DNA of 64,000 nt from an uncultured Chitinophaga sp. (GCA_964634265.1 CAZWIM010000003.1:138541-202540); one strand, 5' to 3'; positions 36,448 through 47,065 are shown, counted from the first letter of the stretch. Numbers and translations: made by a program. The notes: generated from the sequence alone by a model not told the origin.

Positions 36448-36482
36448 AAAGAGTTGCAAAGATAAGTAGTGTACAAGTTATA

Positions 36483-37358
36483 TCATGCGCCTAAATAGGT
36501 TCTTAATAGTTTACAACGATTGGATGTTTTTAGTTTGGTAATGGCCTTGTCTTTGATCTGCCTTACCCTTTCCCTTGTGAGGTTGAATTTTTCACCTATG
36601 TCTTCCAGGCTCATAGGATGATCCACTCCTATACCAAAGAAAAAGCAGATAACCTCTTTTTGCCTTTCCGTCAGTGTTTTAAGGCTTCGGTCTATCTCGG
36701 TTTTTAGTGATTCGGTGTGGTAAAGTTCTCCGTCAGTTTTTTCTGCATTGGGATTTTCCAGCACATCAATCAGTGTGTTTTCTTCGCCCTCAGAAAGGGG
36801 AGAATCCATACTTACATGGCGGGCATTGATACCAAGGGTGGAGGCAACTTCTTCAAGGTCCATTTCCAGCACTTCAGCCAGTTCTTCTGCAGAAGGTTCT
36901 CTTTCATATTGCTGCTCCAATAGTGAATATGCCTTTTGGATCCGGTTAGTGAGGCCCACTTTATTAAGAGGCAACCTTACAATCCTCGATTGTTCGGCCA
37001 GTGCCTGTAAAATGCTCTGGCGAATCCACCAAACGGCATAGGAAATGAACTTAAATCCACGGGTTTCATCAAAACGCTGGGCTGCCTTGATGAGACCCAG
37101 GTTGCCTTCATTGATCAGGTCCGGCAAAGACAAACCCTGGTTTTGGTATTGTTTGGCAACAGATACTACAAAACGAAGATTGGCCTTGGTCAACCTGTCT
37201 AATGCCCGTTGATCTCCCTGCTTAATAAGGGTGGCTAATTTTACCTCTTCCTCAGGGGTAATGAGCTCGACTTTGCCGATCTCCTGGAGATACTTTTCGA
37301 GGCTTTGAGATTCACGATTCGTAATAGACTTCGTGATCTTGAGTTGTCTCATGCTCAT
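36483..37358 (-). CDS. rpoD: Primary sigma-70 factor (short Bacteroidota RpoD type)
   Basis: [49 protein letters not shown]. Confidence 0.93.
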   Translation of the reverse strand: MSMRQLKITKSITNRESQSLEKYLQEIGKVELITPEEEVKLATLIKQGDQRALDRLTKANLRFVVSVAKQYQNQGLSLPDLINEGNLGLIKAAQRFDETRGFKFISYAVWWIRQSILQALAEQSRIVRLPLNKVGLTNRIQKAYSLLEQQYEREPSAEELAEVLEMDLEEVASTLGINARHVSMDSPLSEGEENTLIDVLENPNAEKTDGELYHTESLKTEIDRSLKTLTERQKEVICFFFGIGVDHPMSLEDIGEKFNLTRERVRQIKDKAITKLKTSNRCKLLRTYLGA

Positions 37359-37668
37359 AGGTATGGTTTTTAGAATGGTGTATTTTAAGGGTTAAAGAAT
37401 TATAAGTTTTGGTATTGCCTTATACTCTAAAAATACCCACCACAATTTCTTAGTTATTCAGAAAGCATTGAACTTCAAAGCAATTTAAGGAAATTGCTTA
37501 TTCCGGCAAAATAAATTTTGACATCTCATTAACGTTTATAAGGCTGGTTTATTTCACAACTTTTAAGGTTGGGGAAGGCTGAGGGAAAAATAAACCATAA
37601 AATATTTTGCCGCAATGATTTATTTTCTATTATTGCAGCCATCGCATCAATTTTTTGATTTAAGAATA

Positions 37669-38046
37669 ATGAGTAAACAATTATACACCTTAGAGTTCCC
37701 GGTTCGTTGCTCGCCATCCATTTTGTATGAGTTTTTGTCAACCCCTGCAGGTTTGGGAGAATGGTTTGCCGATAAAGTGGACGAAAGAGACAATGTTTTC
37801 TATTTTGGCTGGAATGGTGCTTTTGAGAAAGCAGAAGTAGTGGAAAGTGAGCAAGACAAGTTTATCAGGTTTCGCTGGCTGACTGCTCCGAAAGATGAAT
37901 ATTTTGAATTCCGTATTGATAAGTCTGAGATTACCAATCAAACTATTCTTGTTGTAAAAGACTTTGCTGAGAAGAAGGATATCAAAGACCAGAGTATGTT
38001 ATGGGACTACCAGGTGAAGGAGCTCTTTCACCGTTTAGGTAATTAA
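37669..38046 (+). CDS. START-like/SRPBCC domain protein
   Basis: LYEFLSTPAGLGEWFADKV; likely start MSKQ (alternative 37615). Confidence 0.82.
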   Translation: MSKQLYTLEFPVRCSPSILYEFLSTPAGLGEWFADKVDERDNVFYFGWNGAFEKAEVVESEQDKFIRFRWLTAPKDEYFEFRIDKSEITNQTILVVKDFAEKKDIKDQSMLWDYQVKELFHRLGN

Positions 38047-38654
38047 CCAGCCAATATTTCTAACAGAGACTTATAGTGGTTGAGTAAAAAATCTTCCGCA
38101 GTTTCCCATCTCTCTAAAGAAATTTTCGTTGCTATTTTAACGAATGAAGCTTCTTCAATTCGTTTCCTGTATGCCTCCTCCGTCATTTCTGAGACTGAGA
38201 TATAATTTTCAGGAAAGAAGTGGTGTATCCATTCATTCTCACTTATACAGTAATAAAATTTTTCTTGCTGTATCAAAGGGTAGGCGTTAATTAGTTTTTT
38301 CTCAAATACTTTTTTATTGCCTCCGGATATATGCAAGGTGATACTAAAGAAATTTCCCCACCAAAACATCGTTCTGATTGCTCCGAAACCGGACTCATCA
38401 AAAAAACGGGGGTAATCCAGCACTACATAAGGAAGACCTGAATAATTTTCCCCCTTAGATATCTTGGGTGAAGCCGTAAAGAACCTTGAAGGAAGTTTGT
38501 TTTTATATAATTGTAATACATTTCTCTGCTCCTCTTGCAATGATGAAAAGAACTGTACGATTTTTTCAATAATGGCATTCTTTGTTAAAATCCAGTCAGC
38601 ATTTTTTATCAGTTCAATCTCGGTTGATGAAAGCCTTATTTTTGCCTGATTCAT
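38043..38654 (-). CDS. Hypothetical protein
   Basis: 203-aa ORF; KISKGENYSGLPYVVLDYPR, RTMFWWG; no function recognised. Confidence 0.75.
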   Translation of the reverse strand: MNQAKIRLSSTEIELIKNADWILTKNAIIEKIVQFFSSLQEEQRNVLQLYKNKLPSRFFTASPKISKGENYSGLPYVVLDYPRFFDESGFGAIRTMFWWGNFFSITLHISGGNKKVFEKKLINAYPLIQQEKFYYCISENEWIHHFFPENYISVSEMTEEAYRKRIEEASFVKIATKISLERWETAEDFLLNHYKSLLEILAG

Positions 38655-38666
38655 ACTTAAAGATAA

Positions 38667-40103
38667 GTGTTCAAAAAACTAGATAAGCTCATTATTAAAG
38701 CCTTCATCGGGCCTTTCATTGCAACGTTTTTTATAACGCTGCTGGTGCTTATCATGCAGTTTTTCTGGTTATATATTGACGATTTTGTCAGTAAAGGATT
38801 GGGAACCGGTATAATCCTGGAGTTTATATTATACCTGAGTGCTACATTGGTCCCTCTGGCTTTACCGTTGGCCATCCTGCTTTCATCATTAATGACTTTT
38901 GGCAACCTTGGGGAGAGTTTTGAACTGGTTGCTATCAAATCGGCAGGCATCTCACTTCTCCGCTTTATGCGGCCACTTTTTTTTGTAACGATTCTTATTT
39001 CAGGAATTGCCTTTGTTTTCGCCAACAACGTCATTCCAATTGCTAACCTGAAGCAGAGGACTTTACTCTCGGATATTGTTTTCGCCAAACCAGCTTTTGA
39101 TCTGAAAGAAGGAGTATTCTACGATAAGATACCCGGATTTGCTATCAAGATTGGAAAGAAGGAAGAAAATGACAGTGTGGTCAGGGATGTGATCATTTAC
39201 GAACAGGGCAATCCATTGCAGGATAATTTCATTGTAGCCAAAAGCGGCATAATGCGGGTTTCAGATAATAAAAGGTTTCTTGAATTTAATCTGAAAGATG
39301 GTTGGCGTTACCAGGAAAGAGGGTATGCCTATGCGCAAGGAAACAGTGAATTTATCAGGATAGGATTTAAAGAGTATAAGAAGCAATTCGATCTGAGTAC
39401 ATTGGGTTTTACAAACCGTACTGCTGACAGCGTAAATAAAAACAATGAAAAAATGCTCAGCATGCGGCAGTTGCAAAAAGCTATTGACTCATTACAAAAA
39501 GAAAACCGGCGTATCAGGGACCAGATGACAAAGGACATGTTGCTTCAGTTTCACTTCGCCAGCCGCCCGGATTCGTTCTGGCTTCAGCCGGTATTGAATC
39601 AAAAACCTGCAGGGGAGGTAGTAAAAAGATTTGATCTATTGTTGCCAGATTCGGCGGAAGGGAATGTAAATCAGAATGTGCAGAATATGGCCTCCTCGGT
39701 CAGGCTCAGCACAGAATCACTTATCAGTACAGCCAACGACAAAGACAGGACTTTACGCAGGCATAAAATTGAATGGCACCGTAAAATTGTCCTTTCCCTT
39801 GCCTGCCTGGTTTTGTTCCTGGTAGGCGCCCCGTTAGGGTCTATTATCCGAAAGGGGGGACTGGGGACACCATTGATTTTTGCCATTATTTTCTTTATGG
39901 TTTTTTATTTTTCCAGTACTACAGGAGAAAAATTTGCCAAGGAAAATACCTTTACACCCTTTACGGGTATGTGGATGGCTACTTTTGTTCTTACTCCCGT
40001 AGGTATATTCTTGACTTACAAAGCCATGAGGGATTCCCAATTGTTCAATAAAGAGTTCTACTACCGGGCAGCCAGGTTTATAAAAAGGCTTTTTGGCCGC
40101 TGA
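38667..40103 (+). CDS. LptF/LptG-family LPS export permease
   Basis: LPLAILLSSLMTFGNLGESFELVAIKSAGISL; GAPLGSIIRKGG. Confidence 0.92.
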   Translation: MFKKLDKLIIKAFIGPFIATFFITLLVLIMQFFWLYIDDFVSKGLGTGIILEFILYLSATLVPLALPLAILLSSLMTFGNLGESFELVAIKSAGISLLRFMRPLFFVTILISGIAFVFANNVIPIANLKQRTLLSDIVFAKPAFDLKEGVFYDKIPGFAIKIGKKEENDSVVRDVIIYEQGNPLQDNFIVAKSGIMRVSDNKRFLEFNLKDGWRYQERGYAYAQGNSEFIRIGFKEYKKQFDLSTLGFTNRTADSVNKNNEKMLSMRQLQKAIDSLQKENRRIRDQMTKDMLLQFHFASRPDSFWLQPVLNQKPAGEVVKRFDLLLPDSAEGNVNQNVQNMASSVRLSTESLISTANDKDRTLRRHKIEWHRKIVLSLACLVLFLVGAPLGSIIRKGGLGTPLIFAIIFFMVFYFSSTTGEKFAKENTFTPFTGMWMATFVLTPVGIFLTYKAMRDSQLFNKEFYYRAARFIKRLFGR

Positions 40104-40281
40104 CCCCTTTTTTGGCCATATTTTCCCGAAAAATCACCTGTTTGTGGTATAGGATGGTAACCGGAAAATCTTCAATTTTAATGCAGCATATATCCGCTTA
40201 CTCAATCAAGACTTCCGTTTACTAATTCCGCCATGAAAACTTGCCGGCAATGTCGGAATTTCAGGTAATCAATAAAAACCA

Positions 40282-41880
40282 TTGAACCGAAAAATTAAGC
40301 TTATGCAATCAGCCAAAACTGTTACTGCAACTATGAGAAGGCAATCTTTACTTATTCTTTCCTTATTCGTTACCGGAAAAGCAATGTTGGCGCAGGATGT
40401 TATGAAAGTGCAATCAGGCGCCGTTATTACGGTACAAAATGGAGCGGAACTGGTAGTAAAAGGAGGAATTTCCCTTGATAATGGGAGTACCATCAGTAAT
40501 TCTGGAACGATACGGATGTCTCAGAATGGAGCTTCCGGAGCAGCCGATTGGATTGATAATACCGTGACCGGGTATAATTATGGTACAGGCAAAGTGGTGT
40601 TTAATGGTAATGGCGGGCATTTGATCAATACCAAAAGCATTTTTGGCCAGGTTGATATTGACGCTTCGGGCCATGCCACATTGGGGAGTGATGTGCAGGC
40701 TAATAAATGGTATCTGAAAAATGGTAAGCTGAATACAACTTCTTCTTTTAAAGCTATAGCTCTCAGTACAGATCAACTGGCAGTGGAGGCAGATCCTTCT
40801 AATGTTAATTTTTCCAATAGCTGGGTAAATGGAAACCTTAGGAGGTACGTATTGCCTGCATCAGTAATTACGTATATTTTTCCTGTTGGTGATGTTGCAA
40901 AAGTTAACAGGGCTGTTTTAGACAACTTAATTACTTCACCACTAAATAATCTTACTTATATAGATGCATCGTTTGGTCCTAAACCCGGAAACGATGTTGG
41001 ATTAGCCGTAACGGAAAACGGCCAGCCCTATGTTTCAGTCAATCCCGGAGGAGTTTGGTATTTAACACCTGATGTGATGCCAACTTCGGGAGCTTATGAC
41101 CTTTTGCTTTATTTCAACAGCTTTACTGCCCTGACAGACAATTCATTTGCTATTCTCAAGAGACAGAATGCATCAAGCAATGCGGCAGAATGGCTATCTC
41201 CTGTCGGAAGTATATTGCCTGCAAATAACCAACCGGGACGAGTTGTTTCTTCAGGTTATGCCAGGAGGAATAGCTTAAATAGTTTCAGTCAATTCGGAAT
41301 TGGTCAGCTTTCCGGCGTTTTGCCTGTCACACTGGTTGATTTTGATGCTAAGCGACTTACCCGTCAAAAAGTGCAGGTGAACTGGCAAACTGTATTTGAG
41401 CAAAATAACCTTGGATTTGATGTAGAAAGAAGATTAGACGGTGAGTCAGTATTCACAACCATCGGCTTTGCCCCAACAAAAGCTTTGAATGGCAGCAGTA
41501 CTTCACAAATAGATTACTCCTATACAGATGCAAATGGATATTCCGGCATCAGTTATTATCGCCTGAAGCAAATTGACCGTGACAGTCGTTACACCTACAC
41601 CCATATTAAAGCGGTAAAGGGTATGGGTGAAACACAAGTTAGTGTTCTGTTGTATCCCAATCCCAATTACGGACAGTTTTCTATCAGGCTTGATGGCGTC
41701 AACAGATCATTTGATGCATACATAACCGATATGAGCGGCAAAGTGGTGAAGCAATTAAGACTAACCAATAATAACAGTATAAATATATCCGGACTTACTT
41801 CAGGAACATATCTGATAAAGATCCCCGATGTGTTTGGGGCCGGTGAATCGTTCACCGAAAAGGTATTAGTGATCAAATAG
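40282..41880 (+). CDS. T9SS type A sorting-domain secreted protein
   Basis: Signal peptide, LPVTLVDF-type beta domain, C-terminal LYPNP...GTYLIKI; start uncertain. Confidence 0.85.
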   Translation: MNRKIKLMQSAKTVTATMRRQSLLILSLFVTGKAMLAQDVMKVQSGAVITVQNGAELVVKGGISLDNGSTISNSGTIRMSQNGASGAADWIDNTVTGYNYGTGKVVFNGNGGHLINTKSIFGQVDIDASGHATLGSDVQANKWYLKNGKLNTTSSFKAIALSTDQLAVEADPSNVNFSNSWVNGNLRRYVLPASVITYIFPVGDVAKVNRAVLDNLITSPLNNLTYIDASFGPKPGNDVGLAVTENGQPYVSVNPGGVWYLTPDVMPTSGAYDLLLYFNSFTALTDNSFAILKRQNASSNAAEWLSPVGSILPANNQPGRVVSSGYARRNSLNSFSQFGIGQLSGVLPVTLVDFDAKRLTRQKVQVNWQTVFEQNNLGFDVERRLDGESVFTTIGFAPTKALNGSSTSQIDYSYTDANGYSGISYYRLKQIDRDSRYTYTHIKAVKGMGETQVSVLLYPNPNYGQFSIRLDGVNRSFDAYITDMSGKVVKQLRLTNNNSINISGLTSGTYLIKIPDVFGAGESFTEKVLVIK

Positions 41881-41902
41881 CCTTTAACCAACCTTAACCT
41901 CT

Positions 41903-41937
41903 ATTGCCTTTGTTGTGTTAACAGCAAAGGCAATTTT
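41903..41937 (+). terminator. Terminator after T9SS cargo gene
   Basis: ATTGCCTTTG...CAAAGGCAAT-TTT. Confidence 0.7.
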
Positions 41938-41972
41938 ATTTCAGTAATTTCGGCAGACCAAAACTTATAACA

Positions 41973-42749
41973 ATGCGACTGCTATTTGTTTATTTAATAA
42001 TAGCTGCTTTACTTGGATGTAACTCCAGAGATGTAAATAGTAAAGGTTCTGCAAATACGGATTCAACCCAAACAGATACTACAGACAAGCAAACTGCCCC
42101 GATTGATCCCTTTAAGGGAACTGCTGCAGATATTCCTGCCACGATAAAAATTACCGGCACCATTCAGGAGGTTTGGAAATGGAAAGATAAAATGGGAGAT
42201 AACCTGCTTATAACTTCTTATGTAGCTCCGTATGAGGATAAGAACAAGAATGAATATGGTGAAGAAGGATTTACCGGGGAACTTTATGCAGCACACTATG
42301 CCGGAACGGATGGGGCTTATCGGCAAATATGGTCAATCTCGGAGGCAGAAAAATCATGTCCCTTTGACGTTACATGTGAGTTTATCAAAAATGCGGTTAG
42401 TATAACAGACCTTGATGCTGACAAGGTGGCAGAAGTAACTGTTCAGTATAAACTGGCTTGCCGCAGTGATGTATCACCGGCAATTATGAAACTGGCTATG
42501 TATGAGGGTGGTACAAAATATGGTCTGAAAGGACTGATGTGGTTAGCCACAAGCCCAGAGGATAAGTTTACAGTTACAGAAAATGATGCTAATCTCGAAA
42601 AGTTACCCGGTTACAAAGGAACAGAAGAAGAATACATGAAAACTTTTGGCCGTTATGAATCGGAAAAGGAGTTTTCCCAGGCTCCGGCTGAGTTCATCAC
42701 CCATGCCCGCAGCAGGTGGATTCGGTTTGTAAAAGAATCATTTGAATAA
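41973..42749 (+). CDS. Hypothetical lipoprotein (resembles M949_RS01915-type family)
   Basis: Lipobox LLGC; CPFD...ITDLDADKVAE...CRSDVSP pattern recalled from that family. Confidence 0.65.
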   Translation: MRLLFVYLIIAALLGCNSRDVNSKGSANTDSTQTDTTDKQTAPIDPFKGTAADIPATIKITGTIQEVWKWKDKMGDNLLITSYVAPYEDKNKNEYGEEGFTGELYAAHYAGTDGAYRQIWSISEAEKSCPFDVTCEFIKNAVSITDLDADKVAEVTVQYKLACRSDVSPAIMKLAMYEGGTKYGLKGLMWLATSPEDKFTVTENDANLEKLPGYKGTEEEYMKTFGRYESEKEFSQAPAEFITHARSRWIRFVKESFE

Positions 42750-42759
42750 ATGAAATCTC

Positions 42760-43746
42760 TTGAACAGGTCAAAACAAAATCTGAATGTACAAAAGTGGGT
42801 AGCACTAGTATCGGTACTATTGCTTGCTGTGAAGTTTCTTGCTTATTATTCTACTCACTCTGTGTCGATTCTTACTGATGCATTGGAAAGCATTGTGAAT
42901 GTAGTAGCAGGCCTCATTGGCCTCTATAGCTTGTATGTGGCGGCAAAGCCACGGGATAAAGACCATCCGTATGGGCATGGCAAGGCTGAGTTTCTTTCTG
43001 CAGCCGTAGAGGGGACGCTGATTGGCAGCGCTGGCGCTATTATTTTATACAAGGCAATTCAAGCCCTGATCAAACCGGTTGAGCTCCAAAAAATTGATTA
43101 TGGAATTTGGCTTGTTGCTGCTACAGCAGTTGTCAATTATATAATGGGTTATTTCTGTTTAAGAACAGGTAAAAGAAACGGCTCCCTCGCTTTGATTGCC
43201 AGTGGCAGGCATTTACAAAGCGATACACTGTCGACCTTGGGTATTATAACTGGTTTGATTCTGCTTTATTTTACCAAACTCGTATGGATCGATAGTGTAG
43301 TGGCAATTTTATTTGGTGTAATAATAATGATAACAGGATACCGTATACTTAGAAAATCTATTGCTGGTATTATGGATGAAGCGGATACAGATTTGCTGGA
43401 GAAGTTTGTTGGGATATTGAATGCAAACAGAAAAGAGAACTGGATTGACCTGCACAATTTAAGAGTAATTAAATACGGTAGTATATTGCATGTTGACTGT
43501 CATCTCACTGTGCCCTGGTATCTGAATGTGCATGAAGCCCATAGAGAAATTGATGTCCTGGCTGAACTGGTGAGAAAGGAATTTGGAGAGTCATTAGAAC
43601 TTTTTGTTCATTCTGATGGTTGTCTGCCTTTTTCCTGCAGGATCTGCCAAAAAGAGGGTTGCCCGGAACGAAGACATCAGTTTGAACAAAAAATTACCTG
43701 GACACTTGAAAATATTTCCAATAACAAAAAACATGAACTGGAATGA
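42760..43746 (+). CDS. Cation diffusion facilitator transporter
   Basis: DALESIVN, HPYGHGKAE, HLQSD, VDCHL. Confidence 0.93.
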   Translation: MNRSKQNLNVQKWVALVSVLLLAVKFLAYYSTHSVSILTDALESIVNVVAGLIGLYSLYVAAKPRDKDHPYGHGKAEFLSAAVEGTLIGSAGAIILYKAIQALIKPVELQKIDYGIWLVAATAVVNYIMGYFCLRTGKRNGSLALIASGRHLQSDTLSTLGIITGLILLYFTKLVWIDSVVAILFGVIIMITGYRILRKSIAGIMDEADTDLLEKFVGILNANRKENWIDLHNLRVIKYGSILHVDCHLTVPWYLNVHEAHREIDVLAELVRKEFGESLELFVHSDGCLPFSCRICQKEGCPERRHQFEQKITWTLENISNNKKHELE

Positions 43747-44135
43747 GAACAACCACGATTTGGAAAAAGAAGCATGAATTTGAAAGCCACCAAGGCGACA
43801 ATTATATCAAATTAGATGGAAGCAAGGAGCATGGATTTAGCCCCAAGGCACTATTACTGACCGGGCTCGCAGGTTGTTCCGGAATAGATGTTGTGGAAAT
43901 ACTAGAAAAGATGCGGGTAAAATTTTCACATTTTGAGATTGAAACAGAGGCCACCCAAACCGATGATCACCCCAAAGTTTTCAAGGATGTTCTTATAACC
44001 TATAAGATTAAAACAGATAAGGAAAATGAAGACAAAGTGAGAAAGGCTATTGATCTGTCGCTGGAAAAATATTGCGGTGTATCAGCAATGCTTCGTAAAA
44101 ACTCTCCAGTAAATTATAAGCTGATAATTGAATAA
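43743..44135 (+). CDS. OsmC/YhfA family protein
   Basis: LAGCSGID...KYCGV. Confidence 0.9.
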   Translation: MRTTTIWKKKHEFESHQGDNYIKLDGSKEHGFSPKALLLTGLAGCSGIDVVEILEKMRVKFSHFEIETEATQTDDHPKVFKDVLITYKIKTDKENEDKVRKAIDLSLEKYCGVSAMLRKNSPVNYKLIIE

Positions 44136-44147
44136 TAAATTGCTCAA

Positions 44148-44555
44148 ATGCTTTCTAAAAAATCACAATATGCCTTTAAGGCATTAACGTATCTGACAGA
44201 GCGTTATAAGAAAGGACCTGTTTTAATTGCTGAGATTTCAAAAAAGAAAAAGATCCCATTAAAGTTTTTAGAGAATATTCTGCTTGAGCTAAAAAAAGCA
44301 GACATACTTGACAGCAAGAAGGGAAAGGGTGGCGGTTATTTTCTTAAAAAAGATCCTTCTAAAGTTAAGATGGCAACTGTTATCCGGCTGGTGAACGGGC
44401 CTATTGCTATGCTGCCCTGCGTCAGCCTATATTTTTACGAACGATGCAAAAACTGCGATGAAAAGAATTGCGGCCTCCATGATATGATGGTGGAAGTAAG
44501 AGATGCAACACTTGGCATCCTGGAAAACAGGACACTGCAGGACCTGGTTGTATAA
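44148..44555 (+). CDS. Rrf2-family regulator (IscR/CymR-like)
   Basis: LSKKSQYA, SKKGKGGGY, CVSLYFYERCKNC...CGL. Confidence 0.92.
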   Translation: MLSKKSQYAFKALTYLTERYKKGPVLIAEISKKKKIPLKFLENILLELKKADILDSKKGKGGGYFLKKDPSKVKMATVIRLVNGPIAMLPCVSLYFYERCKNCDEKNCGLHDMMVEVRDATLGILENRTLQDLVV

Positions 44556-44557
44556 GT

Positions 44558-44572
44558 CTACTAATTTAGTAG
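44558..44572. promoter_or_regulatory. Palindromic candidate Rrf2 operator upstream of prx
   Basis: CTACTAA-T-TTAGTAG. Confidence 0.6.
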
Positions 44573-44606
44573 GAATTCATTATTTTCGTGTCCTAAAATC
44601 TATTTT

Positions 44607-45245
44607 ATGGGATTACGACTTGGAGACATAGCTCCCAACTTTAAAGCAAAAACTACTGTCGGGGTAATTGATTTTTATGATTATCTCGGGGACAATTGGG
44701 GAATTTTATTTTCCCATCCGGCTGACTACACACCTGTGTGTACTACAGAGTTAGGTAAAACTGCATTGCTGCAGCAGGAATTTGCAAAGCGGAATGTAAA
44801 AGTCATTGCGGTTAGTGTGGATCCATTAGATAAACATGAAGGCTGGGTAAAAGATATAAATGAAACACAGCATTGTACTGTTTCATTCCCGATTATCGCT
44901 GATGATGATAGGAATGTAGCTACCCTGTATGATATGATTCATCCCAATGCTTCAGAAACGTTTACCGTACGTTCACTTTTCGTTATCGGCCCTGATAAAA
45001 AGGTGAAATTGATGATTACCTATCCGGCTTCAACAGGAAGGAATTTTTATGAGGTGTTACGGGTTATTGATTCCCTGCAATTAACAGCAGGGTATAGTGT
45101 GGCCACACCGGCAGACTGGAAAAGCGGGGAGGATGTGATTGTGGTTCCCGCTGTATCCACTGAAGACGCTGTTAAAAAATTTCCGAAAGGAATTAAGGTG
45201 ATCAAACCGTATTTGAGATATACGCCTCAGCCTGACCTGAAATAA
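44607..45245 (+). CDS. 1-Cys peroxiredoxin (Prx6)
   Basis: FSHPADYTPVCTTE; YPASTGRNF. Confidence 0.95.
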   Translation: MGLRLGDIAPNFKAKTTVGVIDFYDYLGDNWGILFSHPADYTPVCTTELGKTALLQQEFAKRNVKVIAVSVDPLDKHEGWVKDINETQHCTVSFPIIADDDRNVATLYDMIHPNASETFTVRSLFVIGPDKKVKLMITYPASTGRNFYEVLRVIDSLQLTAGYSVATPADWKSGEDVIVVPAVSTEDAVKKFPKGIKVIKPYLRYTPQPDLK

Positions 45246-45281
45246 CTTAAAATTTGTAAAAATGATGTTGGGCAAGGATAA

Positions 45282-46016
45282 TTACTTGCCCTTTTTTCTT
45301 TTCTGGAGTTGTTGCAAAGTTGCCCGCATGTCTTTATGTAAGGGAGCTTCTAGTTCAATTATATTCCCGTCGATATCAGTAAAAGATAACTGGTAAGCAT
45401 GAAGGGCCAGCCTGTTTAGAATAGGCCTTTCTTCTTCTTCATTTTTTGACAACTTAAATTTTGATTTTAGTGACGAAACTAAGACAGGCTTTCCGTCGCC
45501 ATAAAGATTATCACAAACGATAGGATGGCCGATATCCTTCATATGTACCCGAATCTGGTGGGTACGTCCGGTATGTATTCTGAATTGCAGGAAAGAATAA
45601 ATTCCAAAATTTTCCAATACTTCATAGTCTGTTAGTGATTCTTTCCCCTTCCGGTGGATGATCATTGTGCCATTTTGGGCGGGATGTTCTGCTATCGGGC
45701 TATCAATACTGCCCTGCTGCTTTTCGGGACATCCGATTACTAATCCCAGGTAAATTTTTTTGGTTTGACTTTCCTCAAATTGTCTTGATAAGTGCTTATG
45801 AACTTCGTCATTTTTTGCAAATAAAATCAGGCCACTGGTATCCTTGTCTAGGCGGTGGACAGTAAAAATATTCCCATATTTTTCTTTCAGCATTGTTTTT
45901 AATGAAACTTCCTTTCCTTCCCTGTCAGGAATAGATAAAAGTCCTGAAGGTTTATTTACAGCAACCCAATTCTCTGTTTCTTCAATTACCCAATCGGATA
46001 TTTTTATTGAAATCAT
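45282..46016 (-). CDS. RluA-family pseudouridine synthase
   Basis: VNKPSGL, HRLDKDTSG, TGRTHQIRVH. Confidence 0.94.
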   Translation of the reverse strand: MISIKISDWVIEETENWVAVNKPSGLLSIPDREGKEVSLKTMLKEKYGNIFTVHRLDKDTSGLILFAKNDEVHKHLSRQFEESQTKKIYLGLVIGCPEKQQGSIDSPIAEHPAQNGTMIIHRKGKESLTDYEVLENFGIYSFLQFRIHTGRTHQIRVHMKDIGHPIVCDNLYGDGKPVLVSSLKSKFKLSKNEEEERPILNRLALHAYQLSFTDIDGNIIELEAPLHKDMRATLQQLQKRKKGK

Positions 46017-46037
46017 ACTAAGCAGTGTAATCAGAAG

Positions 46038-46991
46038 TTACTTTCCTTTTTTAAAGTGTTTCAAATCTCTAACTTCTTTTTCAGTGAGAAATCTCCATTT
46101 ACCACGATCAACATTTTTCTTGGTAAGACCTGCAAACATTACCCGGTCAAGTCCTTTTACATCATAGCCCAAATGTTCGAAAATGCGGCGTACGATACGA
46201 TTACGACCACTATGGATCTCAACACCAATTTGTGTTTTATCTTTCGAATCAGCATAAGCCAGTGTGTCTACGTTAGCCAGCCCGTCTTCTAAAACAACTC
46301 CATTCAATATCTGATCAAAGTCTTTTTTATCGAGTGGCTTATTCAGTGTGACATGATATACTTTTTTCACTTCATTGCTGGGATGAGTAAGTTTTTGAGC
46401 CAGCTCTCCATCGTTTGTCAGCAGTAAAACACCTGAAGTGTTTCTGTCAAGTCGCCCAACCGGGTAAACTCTTTCGTTTGTTGCCCTGCCAATAATGTCC
46501 AGTACAGTTTTCCTTCCCTGTGGATCATCCGTAGTGGTAATAAAATCTTTAGGCTTATTGAGAAGTATGTAAACAAGGTTCTTTGCCAGGAAGATTTTTT
46601 TTCCGTTAACCCTGATATCATCTTTTGCAAAAACTTTATGGCCCGGTTCTGTCACTGATTCACCATTCACTTTAACAAGCCCCTTTTTAACCAATTCAGC
46701 TGCTTCACGCCGGGCTGCTACACCGGCATTCGCAATAAATTTATTCAGCGGCATTGCGCCTGCCACTTCAGGTTTGATGTGAGCAGCAGGAGCGGCAGCA
46801 TGGCCTTTTTGTATTGCTTGTTGGTTAGCAGCCCCGGTATTTCTTGCCCTGGCTTCAGCTTTCCTCTTCTCAAAGTACTCTTCCTTTTCCTTTTTTATTT
46901 TTCTTTTTTCCTGCTTGAACTGTTCTTTAATGGCTGCATTACTTTTTTTGGTTGCAAACTTGCCAAAATTATGAGTGGGTTTCTTTTTCAT
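46038..46991 (-). CDS. RsuA/RluB-family pseudouridine synthase with S4 domain
   Basis: LNKFIANAGVAARREA, YPVGRLDRNTSG, GRNRIVRR. Confidence 0.94.
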   Translation of the reverse strand: MKKKPTHNFGKFATKKSNAAIKEQFKQEKRKIKKEKEEYFEKRKAEARARNTGAANQQAIQKGHAAAPAAHIKPEVAGAMPLNKFIANAGVAARREAAELVKKGLVKVNGESVTEPGHKVFAKDDIRVNGKKIFLAKNLVYILLNKPKDFITTTDDPQGRKTVLDIIGRATNERVYPVGRLDRNTSGVLLLTNDGELAQKLTHPSNEVKKVYHVTLNKPLDKKDFDQILNGVVLEDGLANVDTLAYADSKDKTQIGVEIHSGRNRIVRRIFEHLGYDVKGLDRVMFAGLTKKNVDRGKWRFLTEKEVRDLKHFKKGK

Positions 46992-47065
46992 GATGAGAAT
47001 TTTCTGTTTTACAACAGTAGTGAAACGTAAAGATAGTCTTTAGCCGGTCAATGACGGAAAAAGAA

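Noticed and set aside
40282-41880. T9SS cargo protein
   Set aside because: A common Bacteroidota architecture with no recognisable catalytic or toxin domain.
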